Counted from the first letter of the stretch, positions 18,602 through 28,870 are shown. The stretch: DNA of 64,000 bases from Candidatus Woesebacteria bacterium GW2011_GWF1_31_35 (GCA_001029755.1 CP011214.1:365767-429766); one strand, 5' to 3'. Made by a program: numbers and translations. Notes: generated by a model not told the origin, from the letters alone.

Positions 18602-19350
18602 AAACAACATTGCGTTCTACACTAGTAATAGTGTAATATTAAATATCGACTAAAATCGGTGAAACCCCAAGGAAATTATTTAATTTTCTGGGTAATACCG
18701 AGGGTAAGTCAAAAGAATTATGTTGAAGAAAGAAGAATTAGCATATATTGCAGGTTTTCTTGATGGAGATGGATGCATAATGCTCCAATTGGTATACAGG
18801 CACGATTATGTGCTTGGATATCAAATTAGAGCAAGCATTGTTTTTTATCAAAAGACGCAATATAGAGATTTTCTTGTTTGGCTTAAAAGTAAGTTTGAGT
18901 TTGGCTATGTTAGAGACAGAAATGATGGAATGTCTGAATATACAATTGTAGGTTCAGAACCTGTCAAGTCAGTCCTTACAATGCTACTTCCTTTTATAAG
19001 GCTTAAAGAAAGACAAGCTAAATTAACTTTAGAAGTAATATCTAAGATGCCAGGATCTGGCAGAAAAATGGATGTAGATAATCTTTATAAATTATCACTT
19101 CTAGTAGATAAATTTCTAGAACTTAATTACTCTAAGAAAAGAACTAATACTTCTTTAAAAGTTAGAGAATTTTTAATTTCACATAATCTTTTGAATCCCG
19201 TAGAGACTGATTCGAAAGAAGAGACATCAAATTAATTGGTGTAATACGTCGACGCCTACACAAAAAGCCTAGAAGTATGGTCAAGTGACCTAAATTTCAG
19301 GAGTAGGATGAAGATATAGTCCGTGCAACTAGTAATAGTTGAATAACATG
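18602..19350 (+). mobile_element. Group I intron at 23S U2593
   Basis: Exons join as AGAACGT|CGTGAGACAG; ends in G. This is the site occupied by the I-CreI intron. Confidence 0.92.
18720..19235 (+). CDS. I-CreI-like single-motif LAGLIDADG endonuclease
   Basis: YIAGFLDGDG motif; intron position 2593. Confidence 0.92.
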   Translation: MLKKEELAYIAGFLDGDGCIMLQLVYRHDYVLGYQIRASIVFYQKTQYRDFLVWLKSKFEFGYVRDRNDGMSEYTIVGSEPVKSVLTMLLPFIRLKERQAKLTLEVISKMPGSGRKMDVDNLYKLSLLVDKFLELNYSKKRTNTSLKVREFLISHNLLNPVETDSKEETSN

Positions 19351-19361
19351 CGTGAGACAGT

Positions 19362-19740
19362 TGACCACATTTACATATTGTGGTGACAATCTAAGCTGTC
19401 TACTTGTAAAACGTTTCAAAAACCATAACCAATTTTTTGGTTTGAAGAGAGTAGGTAACATTCTGTTAGAAAGTTATAAGTCCTAACACCCCGTTAGGAA
19501 TAAATTTGGCTATATGCTGGAATAACTTGAGTATCCAATAGTACTAGAAATAGTAATAATCTATTGGTGGAGTCAATCAGCAGGGAAGATCAGCCGATGA
19601 GGCTGAAACCCTCACAGACTACACGCCAAAACCCTGAGCGACTAAAAAGAAGTCGAAGGGTAAGATATAGTCGGATCCTTAAGGCGACTTAAGGTTTTTA
19701 AAAACATTTTGTTCGGTTTTTAAAATTTAAAACAATTATG
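19362..19740 (+). mobile_element. ORF-less group I intron at 23S U2604
   Basis: Exons join as GAGACAGT|TCGGACTCTATC. P1 AGACAGT/GCTGTCT; ends in G. Confidence 0.9.
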
Positions 19741-19792
19741 TCGGACTCTATCCAGTGGGATCGTTCGAGTTTTGATGGGAGTTGTCCACAGT

Positions 19793-20555
19793 AGAAATTT
19801 GCTGCCAAGCATAGCAATATGTTTGGTCACACTAGCTAAAATCGGTGAAACCCTGTATCATCTATATAGATGGTCCTATCTAAGTACAGGACAATACCGA
19901 GGGAAGGTTTCTTTTATGAACAAAACTACATCAGCCTACATAGCAGGTTTTTTCGATGGTGATGGAAGTGTAAGAATACAACTACAACCTAGAAAAAATT
20001 CCAGTTTAGGATATCGCATTAGAATTATCGTTTCTTTTGCTCAGAAATCTGAGCATGGCGAAGGATTAAAATGGATTAGGAAGCAGTTAGGCATTGGTTA
20101 TATTTATTCCAGAAATGATGGAATGGATGAACTTAAAGTTGAAGGGTTTGAATCATGTGAGAGAGTACTTAAAATGCTTTCACCATATGTTCAATTCAAA
20201 AAAGAGCATGTCAAATTAGTTTTGAAAGCTCTTTCGATACTTAAAGTTAAATCAAATGCTATTTTAGAAATATCAGAGATTTCTGACCAATTATCTAAAA
20301 TTAATTATGCTACCACAAAGAAAAAACATACAAATGAAGCTGTTCGTGAGTTTTTGTCAAAGAAGATATACCCCCGTAACGACTGATTCAATGAGATTTT
20401 AAGCTCAAAGAAGAGATGGCATAAACGCCATAAGTAAACTTGCTGCTTCGCAGTAAGCAAGCTTGTGGTGCAAGCACCATAATAACGCTAGCTCCTTTTA
20501 ACTATTAAAAGGATGAAGGTATAGTCTAATCCTCAAAGTAATTTGAGATCGATTG
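19793..20555 (+). mobile_element. Group I intron at 23S U2656 (sarcin-ricin loop)
   Basis: Exons join as CAGT|ACGAGAGGACC. P9.0 AATC/GATT followed by the terminal G. Confidence 0.9.
19916..20386 (+). CDS. Intron-encoded single-motif LAGLIDADG endonuclease
   Basis: MNKTTSAYIAGFFDGDG. The start is moved from the track's 19772 (which lies in the exon) to ATG 19916. Confidence 0.9.
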   Translation: MNKTTSAYIAGFFDGDGSVRIQLQPRKNSSLGYRIRIIVSFAQKSEHGEGLKWIRKQLGIGYIYSRNDGMDELKVEGFESCERVLKMLSPYVQFKKEHVKLVLKALSILKVKSNAILEISEISDQLSKINYATTKKKHTNEAVREFLSKKIYPRND

Positions 20556-20631
20556 ACGAGAGGACCTGGATGAAGGAATCCCTGGTGTGCCGGTTGTGTC
20601 ATCAGACGCAGCGCCGGGTAGCTATATTCCT

Positions 20632-20668
<37 letters not shown>

Positions 20669-20882
20669 ACCCAAAGATTAGAACTCGTTAGTTTAAAAAC
20701 TTGAAGACCCCAGGCAGAATACCTGGTATAACCGGCAGGAGGTGGAAGTCCCGTAAGGGGTTAAGCCTACTTGTACGGATTGGTCGAAGAAGACCTTACA
20801 ACACTTCATATCGTGGAAGTGTTTAGATTAACAAAGTTATTTTTTATATTTAGTATTATCCTTCAGTTGTCAGAGTATTGAG

Positions 20883-21000
20883 TCTTGGTGACTTGAGCGC
20901 GGTGGAACCACCTGATTCCATTCCGAACTCAGAAGTTAAACGCCGTAGCGCTGACGATAGTTACCGGGCAACTGGTCGCGAAAATAAGTCGTCGCCAAGA
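20883..21000 (+). rRNA. rrf: 5S rRNA
   Basis: TCTTGGTGAC...GTCGCCAAGA terminal stem and CCATTCCGAACTCAGAAG. Confidence 0.93.
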
Positions 21001-21072
21001 CTGAGTACTCTGAAATAAGAATAAAAAACTTATTGTTTATGAGTATAATAAAAAGAAAGGCAGGTATGATTA

Positions 21073-22161
21073 GTGAAAACAACAAATACATCTAAAACTT
21101 CAAGTGTAACGATGGCTGATTTATTGGCCAAAAGCAAGACTTCTATTAAAAATCTTTCAATGGGTCAAAGAATTAAAGGAAAAGTAATTCAAAAACTTTC
21201 AAAATCATTAATTTTAGATATTTCTGGCAAAGCTGAAGGTGTTGTTATGGAAAAAGCTTTTGCTGAAGCCCGTGAATATATCAGTAAACTTAAAGTAGGA
21301 GATGAAGTAACAGCAGTTGTATTAGTTCCTGAAATGAGAGATGGTTCAACACTACTTTCGCTTCGTGATGCTGTTTCTGCTGCCTCATGGCAAGGAGTAG
21401 AGGATGCATACAAAAATAAAACCGATGTGGCGGTATACGCTAAAGGTGTAACAGGATCTGGTGTTTCGGTTGATGTAAATGGAATTTCTGGTTTTGTCCC
21501 AATGTCTCAAATTTCAAAAGAACTTTCTAAAGATACATCAAACTTAGTTGGTAAGTACTTTAAGGCAAGAGTCATTGAAGTTGATAGGCTTAAAAATAAA
21601 TTAGTTTTGTCAGAACGCGAAGTAACTGACGCAAAGGACATTGCAATTGCTAAAAAAGCTCTTGAAAAGGTTAAAGAAGGAGAGATTTTTGAAGGAGTGG
21701 TTACGACAATTGCTAATTTTGGTTGTTTTGTAAAAATTACTGTAGAAAATTCCGAAATTGAAGGCCTGGTTCATATTTCAGAACTTTCTTGGGGCAAAGT
21801 TGCTCATCCTTCAAGTCTTTTTAAAGTAGGAGATAAAGTTAAAGTAAAAATTATTGGTACTAAAGATGGAAAGTTAGCCCTATCAGCTAAGCATGCGGAG
21901 AAGGATCCTTGGATTACTGCAGGAGAAAAATACAAAGCAGAAGACAGAATTAAAGGAAAAGTTACAAAAATTACTGATTTTGGTAATTTTGTAGAATTAG
22001 AATCTGGAATTGAAGGCTTGGTTCATATTACTAAGATTCCACCAGGGAAAAGATTTAGTGTGGGAGACTCGGTTAACTGTTATATTGAAGAAATAGATAC
22101 GAAATCCAGAAAAATTTCATTAGGTTTAGTTCTCACAGAAATTCCAGTGGGGTATAAATAA
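21073..22161 (+). CDS. rpsA: Ribosomal protein S1 (four S1 domains)
   Basis: Repeated S1 motifs FGCFV/EGLVHISELSW and FGNFVELESGIEGLVH. Confidence 0.85.
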   Translation: MKTTNTSKTSSVTMADLLAKSKTSIKNLSMGQRIKGKVIQKLSKSLILDISGKAEGVVMEKAFAEAREYISKLKVGDEVTAVVLVPEMRDGSTLLSLRDAVSAASWQGVEDAYKNKTDVAVYAKGVTGSGVSVDVNGISGFVPMSQISKELSKDTSNLVGKYFKARVIEVDRLKNKLVLSEREVTDAKDIAIAKKALEKVKEGEIFEGVVTTIANFGCFVKITVENSEIEGLVHISELSWGKVAHPSSLFKVGDKVKVKIIGTKDGKLALSAKHAEKDPWITAGEKYKAEDRIKGKVTKITDFGNFVELESGIEGLVHITKIPPGKRFSVGDSVNCYIEEIDTKSRKISLGLVLTEIPVGYK

Positions 22162-22207
22162 ACAAAGCTTGTTTGTTCTAAATAAACTTCGTGTATAATC
22201 GTTTTAA

Positions 22208-23527
22208 ATGTCAAAGGTTAGATCTCAATTTATTTGTCAGCAATGTGGCTATTCTCAGGTAGGCTGGGCTGGGAAATGTCCAAATTGTAATAATTGGGGG
22301 TCTCTTGTTGAAACTATAGTAGCTTCAACAAAGGGTAATAATCAAAGACAAAAAGATGGAAAACTGCCTTCAAAACCAATTAATCTTTCAACAATTAAAT
22401 CTTCAGCAATAAAAAGAATTTCAACAAAAATACCAGAACTCGATAGATCATTAGGAGGAGGACTTGTAACAGGTCAAGTTGTATTAATTGCAGGGGAGCC
22501 TGGGATTGGAAAAAGTACAATTTTATTACAACTTGCAGATAAACTTTCAAATTGTCTTTATGTATCTGGTGAAGAATCTGCAAACCAAGTTGCAATTAGA
22601 GCAAAGAGGTTGGGAATTGACAATAAAAATATAAAATTTTTAGAAGAAACTGATGTTGACAGTATTATTGATACTTTAGATAGTTTAAGTATCAATAAAC
22701 CCACAGTAATCATTGTTGATTCTATTCAAACCATGTCAACATCTGATTTAACAGGCCTTGCAGGGTCTGTGGGTCAAGTTAAGGAGTGTTCATATAGACT
22801 TTTAAAGTATGCCAAAGCAAATGATATTCCCTTGATTTTAGTAGGTCATGTGACCAAGGAGGGAACTGTTGCTGGTCCTGCGGTTTTAGCTCACATCGTT
22901 GATACTGTTTTGTGGTTTGAGGGAGAAAAAACATCAAATTTAAGGTTACTTCGATCTGTAAAAAATCGTTTTGGTGCAACAGATGAGGTAGGTATATTTT
23001 CAATGGAGGATAAAGGGCTAATCTCTATGAATGATCCAGAAAAGTTATTTTTAGAAAGAGGAAAGACTGCTGTTGCCGGATCTGTTGTCTCAATCCTAAT
23101 GGAAGGTACGAGATCACTTTTGGTTGAAATTCAATCATTGGTTGTGCCCACAAAAATGGCATTTCCAAGAAGAGTTGCACAGGGAATTGATTCAAGAAGA
23201 TTAGAGATGCTTCTAGCTGTACTTTTTAGAAGAGCGGGAATTCCACTTTATGACTCCGATGTTTTTGTTAATGTTGCTGGTGGCATAAAAGCACAAGATC
23301 CATCAGTTGATCTTGCAATTTGTTTATCAATTGCCAGTTCATTTTTTGATAAACCACTTCCTAAAAATTTTTTGGCAGTTGGAGAGGTAGGGCTCTTGGG
23401 AGAAATTAGGGGAGTTTCTTTTCAGGAGAAAAGAATAAAGGATAGTAGAAGATTAGGATTTAGTGATATCGTTACCTCTAAAGATTACAAAGTTTTACCT
23501 CAATTAATTAAAAACTATCTCAAATAA
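22208..23527 (+). CDS. radA: DNA repair protein RadA/Sms
   Basis: C4 Zn finger, GEPGIGKS Walker A and KNRFG motif. Confidence 0.97.
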   Translation: MSKVRSQFICQQCGYSQVGWAGKCPNCNNWGSLVETIVASTKGNNQRQKDGKLPSKPINLSTIKSSAIKRISTKIPELDRSLGGGLVTGQVVLIAGEPGIGKSTILLQLADKLSNCLYVSGEESANQVAIRAKRLGIDNKNIKFLEETDVDSIIDTLDSLSINKPTVIIVDSIQTMSTSDLTGLAGSVGQVKECSYRLLKYAKANDIPLILVGHVTKEGTVAGPAVLAHIVDTVLWFEGEKTSNLRLLRSVKNRFGATDEVGIFSMEDKGLISMNDPEKLFLERGKTAVAGSVVSILMEGTRSLLVEIQSLVVPTKMAFPRRVAQGIDSRRLEMLLAVLFRRAGIPLYDSDVFVNVAGGIKAQDPSVDLAICLSIASSFFDKPLPKNFLAVGEVGLLGEIRGVSFQEKRIKDSRRLGFSDIVTSKDYKVLPQLIKNYLK

Positions 23528-23658
23528 GTTTCTAAGACGTTATAAACAAGTTATCCACAATATATTTTATGAAGGTTTTTATTCCGTATTATTGGGGTAA
23601 TTATGCATATACTACACTATAGGGATGATATATTTTTGTCGTTAATATATTATGGGGT

Positions 23659-23688
23659 TTGACAAATGACAAATAAACATACTATACT
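23659..23688 (+). promoter_or_regulatory. sigma70-type promoter
   Basis: TTGACA-N18-TATACT. Confidence 0.6.
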
Positions 23689-23694
23689 GTCGGT

Positions 23695-23982
23695 AAGTTT
23701 TAGGGAGTTAGATCATTAACAAGAATAAATGATAAAGAGCATCGTTACCGCTGGGTTACCTTCCCGACATAGTCGGAAAAAACTCGCCACGAGTAGAGAT
23801 GCTCTTTAAGATAAAATTTGTCTTAAGGACAGGAAAACCTTTAATCTTGTAAGACAAATCGTAATTAGACTAGGTCTAAATTTTGGGGTTGTCAATAGTC
23901 TTTTGGTCTTGTTGAACTTGGGGAAGGGTGGTGAGTAGGGCAGGCTTACTACCCTTTCCTAAGAATAATAAGACCTTTTTTT
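23695..23982 (+). ncRNA. Candidate structured non-coding RNA of unknown family
   Basis: Promoter, a boxA-like motif, several long stems with G-U pairs on the + strand and a terminal T7; no ORF of 60 aa or more. Confidence 0.5.
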
Positions 23983-24021
23983 AAGGTTAAAGACTTCATC
24001 TATGGTAAATTATTAAGTAAC

Positions 24022-24705
24022 ATGTCTTCAATTAATTTTATTAGTCCTGATTTTGTTAAAAGTTTAAGAAAACTTCAAAGGAAACAAAAATTTGTTTTAA
24101 AGCTTTCAAAAACATTTGCCTTACTAGGTGGTCTTTTTTTTGTTTTATCATTTGCTCCATCGATTTGGTACTCTTTAGGGGCTAGAGTAGATGATTTCTC
24201 AGCTGCAATTTTAAAAACAGTGACAGGAGCAAAAAAAGAAGTTTCAAAACCTTCTAATAATGTGCTAGATTGGCAGCCTGCCTTTGATGCAAGACTTTCT
24301 CGCGATACAACTTTAAAAATTCCTTCAATTAGAGTTGATACAAAAATTAACGAAGCAACATATGAATCTTTTGAAGATGCATTAAAACTAAGTGTATGGA
24401 GAGTTCCTGATTTTGGGACACCAATGGATAGAAGTAGACCTATGATACTAGCAGCACATAGATTTGGGTATTTAGCTTGGAGTAATCTTTATAGACGTAA
24501 AAATTCTTTTTACAATTTACCAAAGTTAAAAGTTGGTGATTTAATAGAAATTACGTATAAACAAAGAAAATATACATATGAAGTTTATGGGGAGAGTAGA
24601 GGAGAAGAGATCACAGACTACACTGCAAATTTAATTCTTTATACTTGTGAAACTTTAAATTCAAAACTAAGAATCTTCAAATATGCCAGACTTCTCAAAA
24701 TCTAA
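24022..24705 (+). CDS. Sortase
   Basis: N-terminal TM, LAAHR (His), LILYTC (Cys) and a downstream Arg. Confidence 0.88.
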   Translation: MSSINFISPDFVKSLRKLQRKQKFVLKLSKTFALLGGLFFVLSFAPSIWYSLGARVDDFSAAILKTVTGAKKEVSKPSNNVLDWQPAFDARLSRDTTLKIPSIRVDTKINEATYESFEDALKLSVWRVPDFGTPMDRSRPMILAAHRFGYLAWSNLYRRKNSFYNLPKLKVGDLIEITYKQRKYTYEVYGESRGEEITDYTANLILYTCETLNSKLRIFKYARLLKI

Positions 24706-24786
24706 CCCATAAGGAACCTTGAGAGTTACGTCGTAACCCATAACATTGACAAATCGTAATGTTATAGGTACAATACGCCCATATAC

Positions 24787-25095
24787 ATGAATAGACTTAT
24801 AGTACGTAGTGTTATTATATTCTTTATATGTCTTGTGTTATTAACTGTTTCGGCAGTACCTTCTAGGGCCGAAGATGCACAGACTTGTGTCCAAGTTACT
24901 CAATATGGTGGTGGTGTTGGAATAGTTTGTGGTGCAAAACATGAGCCTGTTAATACAGGACTTGCTGATATTAATCCATTAGTTTTATCTTCAATTTTTC
25001 TTTCTCTTTCGGGATTTGGAATTTATTCATATAGAAAGTTATTGAGAAAAAAAATAAGATTTATTGAAGCTGGAGGAGGTGAAAATAATGAGTAA
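24787..25095 (+). CDS. Small secreted protein with a sortase-type sorting signal (PVNTG)
   Basis: Signal peptide, PVNTG, hydrophobic helix and basic tail RKLLRKK. A TTGACA-N17-TACAAT promoter lies upstream. Confidence 0.65.
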   Translation: MNRLIVRSVIIFFICLVLLTVSAVPSRAEDAQTCVQVTQYGGGVGIVCGAKHEPVNTGLADINPLVLSSIFLSLSGFGIYSYRKLLRKKIRFIEAGGGENNE

Positions 25096-25963
25096 AGAAT
25101 TAAATAGACGAGATTTCCTTAAGGGTGCAGTGGCCTTAACAGGTGCTAGTATCTTAGGAGCATTTGTGAAAATTGAAGGTGTTTCAGCAAGAGGTGAAGA
25201 ACCTAAGGTTGAAGTATCCAATAAAGATATCGATGGAATTAAATTATCAGGTATACCTGAAGTGGTTGACTCTAACGTTGTTGATGTAGCTAAAGGTGTA
25301 TTTAGAAATGAAACCGGAGTCGCACCTCATATTTATGCAGAACCAGGTGCTTTACATGTTGGTCCTGATTTTGGTTACACTGGGACTAAAAATCCATATG
25401 GTGTAAACAATAAAGGTTGGGAGGCAATGTATGAATCTGGCGGTACAATTCAACCTTTCAGTCCTGTCACACAAGAGATTATAAGATGGCCAGGAGAAGC
25501 TCACCAAAATGTTCCTGAAGGAGGATTTGTCTTTTTTACAGGAGGACAAATGAAAGTTGAAATAGGAGATATTGCAGTGGATATGCCATACAAACCTGCA
25601 CATAATTATTTCTTTGTGGCCAGAGGAATTTATACAGATGGAAAACAAGATTCTGATTTGAATAGAACTGCAAAAATAACTAATTATAAGCCTGGACATT
25701 TACAAGTTAGAATGTATCCAAGTGCTTTAAAAAGTAATTTAGCTTTTATTTCCGAAGGACAGTTTTTGCAAGAAGCAGTTACAAGTCATATCACTGGAAC
25801 AAATTGTGGAGCAGAAGGAGCTTCCAAGTTAACAGTGGTTGCTATTGATATTAATACAGGAGCAACACAGATATTAAGACATGAACAATTAAGATCCACT
25901 GATCTTAATGAAGCTTTGAAATCAACTAAAAAGAATTGGAATAAACTTTATAGTAACTTTTAA
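25088..25963 (+). CDS. Exported protein with a twin-arginine-like signal peptide
   Basis: GGAGGAGG RBS before ATG 25088; NRRDFLKG followed by a hydrophobic stretch. Confidence 0.75.
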   Translation: MSKELNRRDFLKGAVALTGASILGAFVKIEGVSARGEEPKVEVSNKDIDGIKLSGIPEVVDSNVVDVAKGVFRNETGVAPHIYAEPGALHVGPDFGYTGTKNPYGVNNKGWEAMYESGGTIQPFSPVTQEIIRWPGEAHQNVPEGGFVFFTGGQMKVEIGDIAVDMPYKPAHNYFFVARGIYTDGKQDSDLNRTAKITNYKPGHLQVRMYPSALKSNLAFISEGQFLQEAVTSHITGTNCGAEGASKLTVVAIDINTGATQILRHEQLRSTDLNEALKSTKKNWNKLYSNF

Positions 25964-25991
25964 ATAGTTTAAGTAATTTTTGTTTCAGTTG

Positions 25992-26013
25992 GGGCGACGC
26001 ACGTGCGTCGCCC
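25992..26013. terminator. GC-rich palindrome, probable terminator
   Basis: GGGCGACGCACGTGCGTCGCCC is a perfect palindrome followed by TTT. Confidence 0.6.
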
Positions 26014-26069
26014 TTTGTGGTTAATTAAAAAAACAATACTATCAGTTTAGTACTGATATAATAACAATT

Positions 26070-28826
26070 ATGAAAATAATAAAAAATTGGATTTATCCAA
26101 TATTGATTATTATGATATGTGTTTTTTTGGCTTGGAAAAACTATGTCCCAAATACAATTTTATCTGGTTGGGACACACTTCATCCTGAATTTAATTTTTG
26201 GCTTTATTTGAGAAGATCTCTAAACGGTGTGTGGATGGAGCATCAAGGGTTGGGAGCAGTAGCTTCACAGGCACATCCTGCTGAAATATCTAGGTTGTTT
26301 GTTGTAGGTTTATTGAATTTACTTTTGCCTCAAAATTTAGTTAGGTATACATTTTTCTTTTTAAGTTTAACTACAGGAGTTTTAGGTATTTATTTTTTTA
26401 CTAAACACCTACTTTCTTTAAGATTACAAAAATATGTACAGGCTTCAGCGTTTTTGGCTTCTCTTTTTTACCTTTTTAATCTAACCACGGTTCAGCAATT
26501 TTATGTTCCACTTGAAATGTTTGCAGTACATTATGCGTTGGTTCCGTGGTTATTTCTTCTGGCTAGTAAATATATTAATAAAAGCAATAATAATTTGTTA
26601 TTTTGGTTTGGAATAATTACGTTTTTTGCTTCTTCGATGGCTCATACAGCCACTTTATTTTATGTTTATTTATTGTGTTTGGGATTGTATACATTTCTAT
26701 TAAATTGCAAGAAAAGTTTTGTTTTAATGGCAATAACAATACTAATTAATTTGTTTTGGTTACTGCCTAATTTATATTTTATAAAAAATCATTCCCAGGA
26801 GGTAAGTAATTCTAAAATTCATAGCACTTTCACTGGAGAAGCTGCACTTCAAAGCGAAGTCTTTGGAACTTTTAAAGATTTGGCTCTTTCAAAAAACTTT
26901 CTTTTTAATTGGCAAGATTATAATTTCTCAAATAATCAATTTGTTGATTTGCTAGGTGTTTGGAAAAATCATTTAAATAAACCTTTTGTTATTCAAATTG
27001 GCTTCATTTTGTTTGGGATTAGTATATTTGGATTTTTAGTCTCAATATTTAGAAAATCAAAGTATTCAGCCCTTTTGTTTCCAGTATTTTTAATCTCTAT
27101 CTTTTTTTGGATTAATTCAAATCCACCATTTGAAACGATTTTTGATTATTTTAAGAATAATATTAACCTATTTAGAGAAGGTTTAAGGTTTCCGTTTACT
27201 AAATTTTCAATTATTTTAATAATGATTTTATCTATCTGGTTTTCTTTTGCATCTCAACTTATCTTTTCAATTTTGGGAAAAATTAAGCTTAGTTTTATTT
27301 ATTTTTTAATAATTATCCTTTTTCTAATTTATTTTCAATTTCCTCAACTTCAAGGAAATCTAATAAATAAATCAATGCTAGTTAAAATTCCAAATGAGTA
27401 TTCCGAAATGTTTAATTGGTTCGACAAACAAGATTATTCAGCTAGGGTCGCGAGGCTTCCTCTTAACACATATTGGGGATGGCAATACAATGATTGGGGT
27501 TATCAGGGGGCGGGCTTTGATTGGTTTGGGATTAAACAGCCGATACTTGAAAGGGAATTTGATAGATGGAGTTCTTTTAATGAAACCTTTTATTTACAAG
27601 CATCAAACGCTCTTTATAATAATGATAATGAAACTTTCAAGAAAGTTTTAGAAAAATACCAGGTCAAATATTTGGTTTTAGATGAATCAATAATAGATGC
27701 AGGGGGTGATAAAGACCTTTTAAGATTAACTGATATAAAAAATACATTATCAAATTTAAAAATTAATGAAGTTGCTAGGTTTGGATTTTTAACTATTTAC
27801 GATACTAATATAGCTTCAAATAATTTTGTTAGCGCAGTTAATAATTATTCTTTGGTAAATGCTGATTTAAATTATTCTTTAGTTGATCCTATTTATTCTA
27901 AATATAGAGATTATGTACAAAGTGAAGATGGAATTGGGTATCCATTTGTTAATTTTGATAAAAGGGGATTAGTAAATATAAAAATTATTAATAATGAGTT
28001 ATTAATAACTAATAAATCCACAAATTCAGAAGTTCAACTACCAATAGATGGTAAAACTTCAGAAACTTTTGCAAGTGATAGAGGGTTTAATGAAACTTTT
28101 AATTGTGACTTGATGAAAAAAGGAGAAGTTCAAAGACAACAATTAGAAATTGGTAGAAGTTATAAAGCTATGGATGGAGGAGTTTCTTGTGATTATTTTT
28201 CTTACACTGACTTAACATATGACAAAGCTTATATATTAAGAGTTAAGGGGAATAATTTAGATGGAAGATCTTTAAAAATTTATCTTTACAATTGGGAAAC
28301 CCAAAGAGTAGAGCTTGAGGAACTAATGCCAACTGGTAAGTTTGACGAGTATTTTGTAATTTACTCTAAAGATTCTAAAGAAGGTGGATATACCTTAAAC
28401 GTTGAAACTAGATCTTTTGGAAGAATATCTTCTGAAAATGAGGTTAACTTGATTGAAATAGTTCCATTTGACATTAATTTGATAAGTAATTTATATATTG
28501 ATCCTAAGGTAGATTTATTAAAAACAGGTAATTTAGAAATTAAAGATGTAATAAAATATGGAACTTCTATTTATAAAGTACAGGTTAAAGGGGAAGGATT
28601 ATTAGTTTTAAATCAAAGTTTTGAAAAAGGTTGGATAAGCTATCCAAGGCTAGAACATGTAAAAGTAAACTCTTGGGCAAATGGATTTGTCATAAATAAT
28701 AATAGTATTAATCAAATTAAATCCGGTGAAATAATAATTTTCTTTTGGCCACAGTTTCTTGAGTGGGGAGGCATTTTGGTTTTACTATTGACAATAGTTT
28801 ACTTAATAGTAAAATTGAGGGAGTAA
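26070..28826 (+). CDS. Large polytopic membrane protein, GT-C (AftD/YfhO-like) glycosyltransferase
   Basis: GWD in the first loop, many TM helices, LRFPFTKF and a C-terminal VNSWANGF extracellular domain. Confidence 0.7.
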   Translation: MKIIKNWIYPILIIMICVFLAWKNYVPNTILSGWDTLHPEFNFWLYLRRSLNGVWMEHQGLGAVASQAHPAEISRLFVVGLLNLLLPQNLVRYTFFFLSLTTGVLGIYFFTKHLLSLRLQKYVQASAFLASLFYLFNLTTVQQFYVPLEMFAVHYALVPWLFLLASKYINKSNNNLLFWFGIITFFASSMAHTATLFYVYLLCLGLYTFLLNCKKSFVLMAITILINLFWLLPNLYFIKNHSQEVSNSKIHSTFTGEAALQSEVFGTFKDLALSKNFLFNWQDYNFSNNQFVDLLGVWKNHLNKPFVIQIGFILFGISIFGFLVSIFRKSKYSALLFPVFLISIFFWINSNPPFETIFDYFKNNINLFREGLRFPFTKFSIILIMILSIWFSFASQLIFSILGKIKLSFIYFLIIILFLIYFQFPQLQGNLINKSMLVKIPNEYSEMFNWFDKQDYSARVARLPLNTYWGWQYNDWGYQGAGFDWFGIKQPILEREFDRWSSFNETFYLQASNALYNNDNETFKKVLEKYQVKYLVLDESIIDAGGDKDLLRLTDIKNTLSNLKINEVARFGFLTIYDTNIASNNFVSAVNNYSLVNADLNYSLVDPIYSKYRDYVQSEDGIGYPFVNFDKRGLVNIKIINNELLITNKSTNSEVQLPIDGKTSETFASDRGFNETFNCDLMKKGEVQRQQLEIGRSYKAMDGGVSCDYFSYTDLTYDKAYILRVKGNNLDGRSLKIYLYNWETQRVELEELMPTGKFDEYFVIYSKDSKEGGYTLNVETRSFGRISSENEVNLIEIVPFDINLISNLYIDPKVDLLKTGNLEIKDVIKYGTSIYKVQVKGEGLLVLNQSFEKGWISYPRLEHVKVNSWANGFVINNNSINQIKSGEIIIFFWPQFLEWGGILVLLLTIVYLIVKLRE

Positions 28827-28870
28827 GTAAAGTTTGCCTCTAGGGTAAGTATTTATAGAAAGTTTAATTC

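Noticed and set aside
23540-23560. DnaA box as a replication origin
   Set aside because: Only one perfect box and one weak box, with no dnaA/dnaN context.
23695-23982. Identification of the structured region as RNase P RNA, tmRNA or SRP RNA
   Set aside because: No GAGGAAAGTCC, no tRNA-like ends with a tag ORF, and no SRP domain IV GGAA/AGCAG motif could be found by eye.
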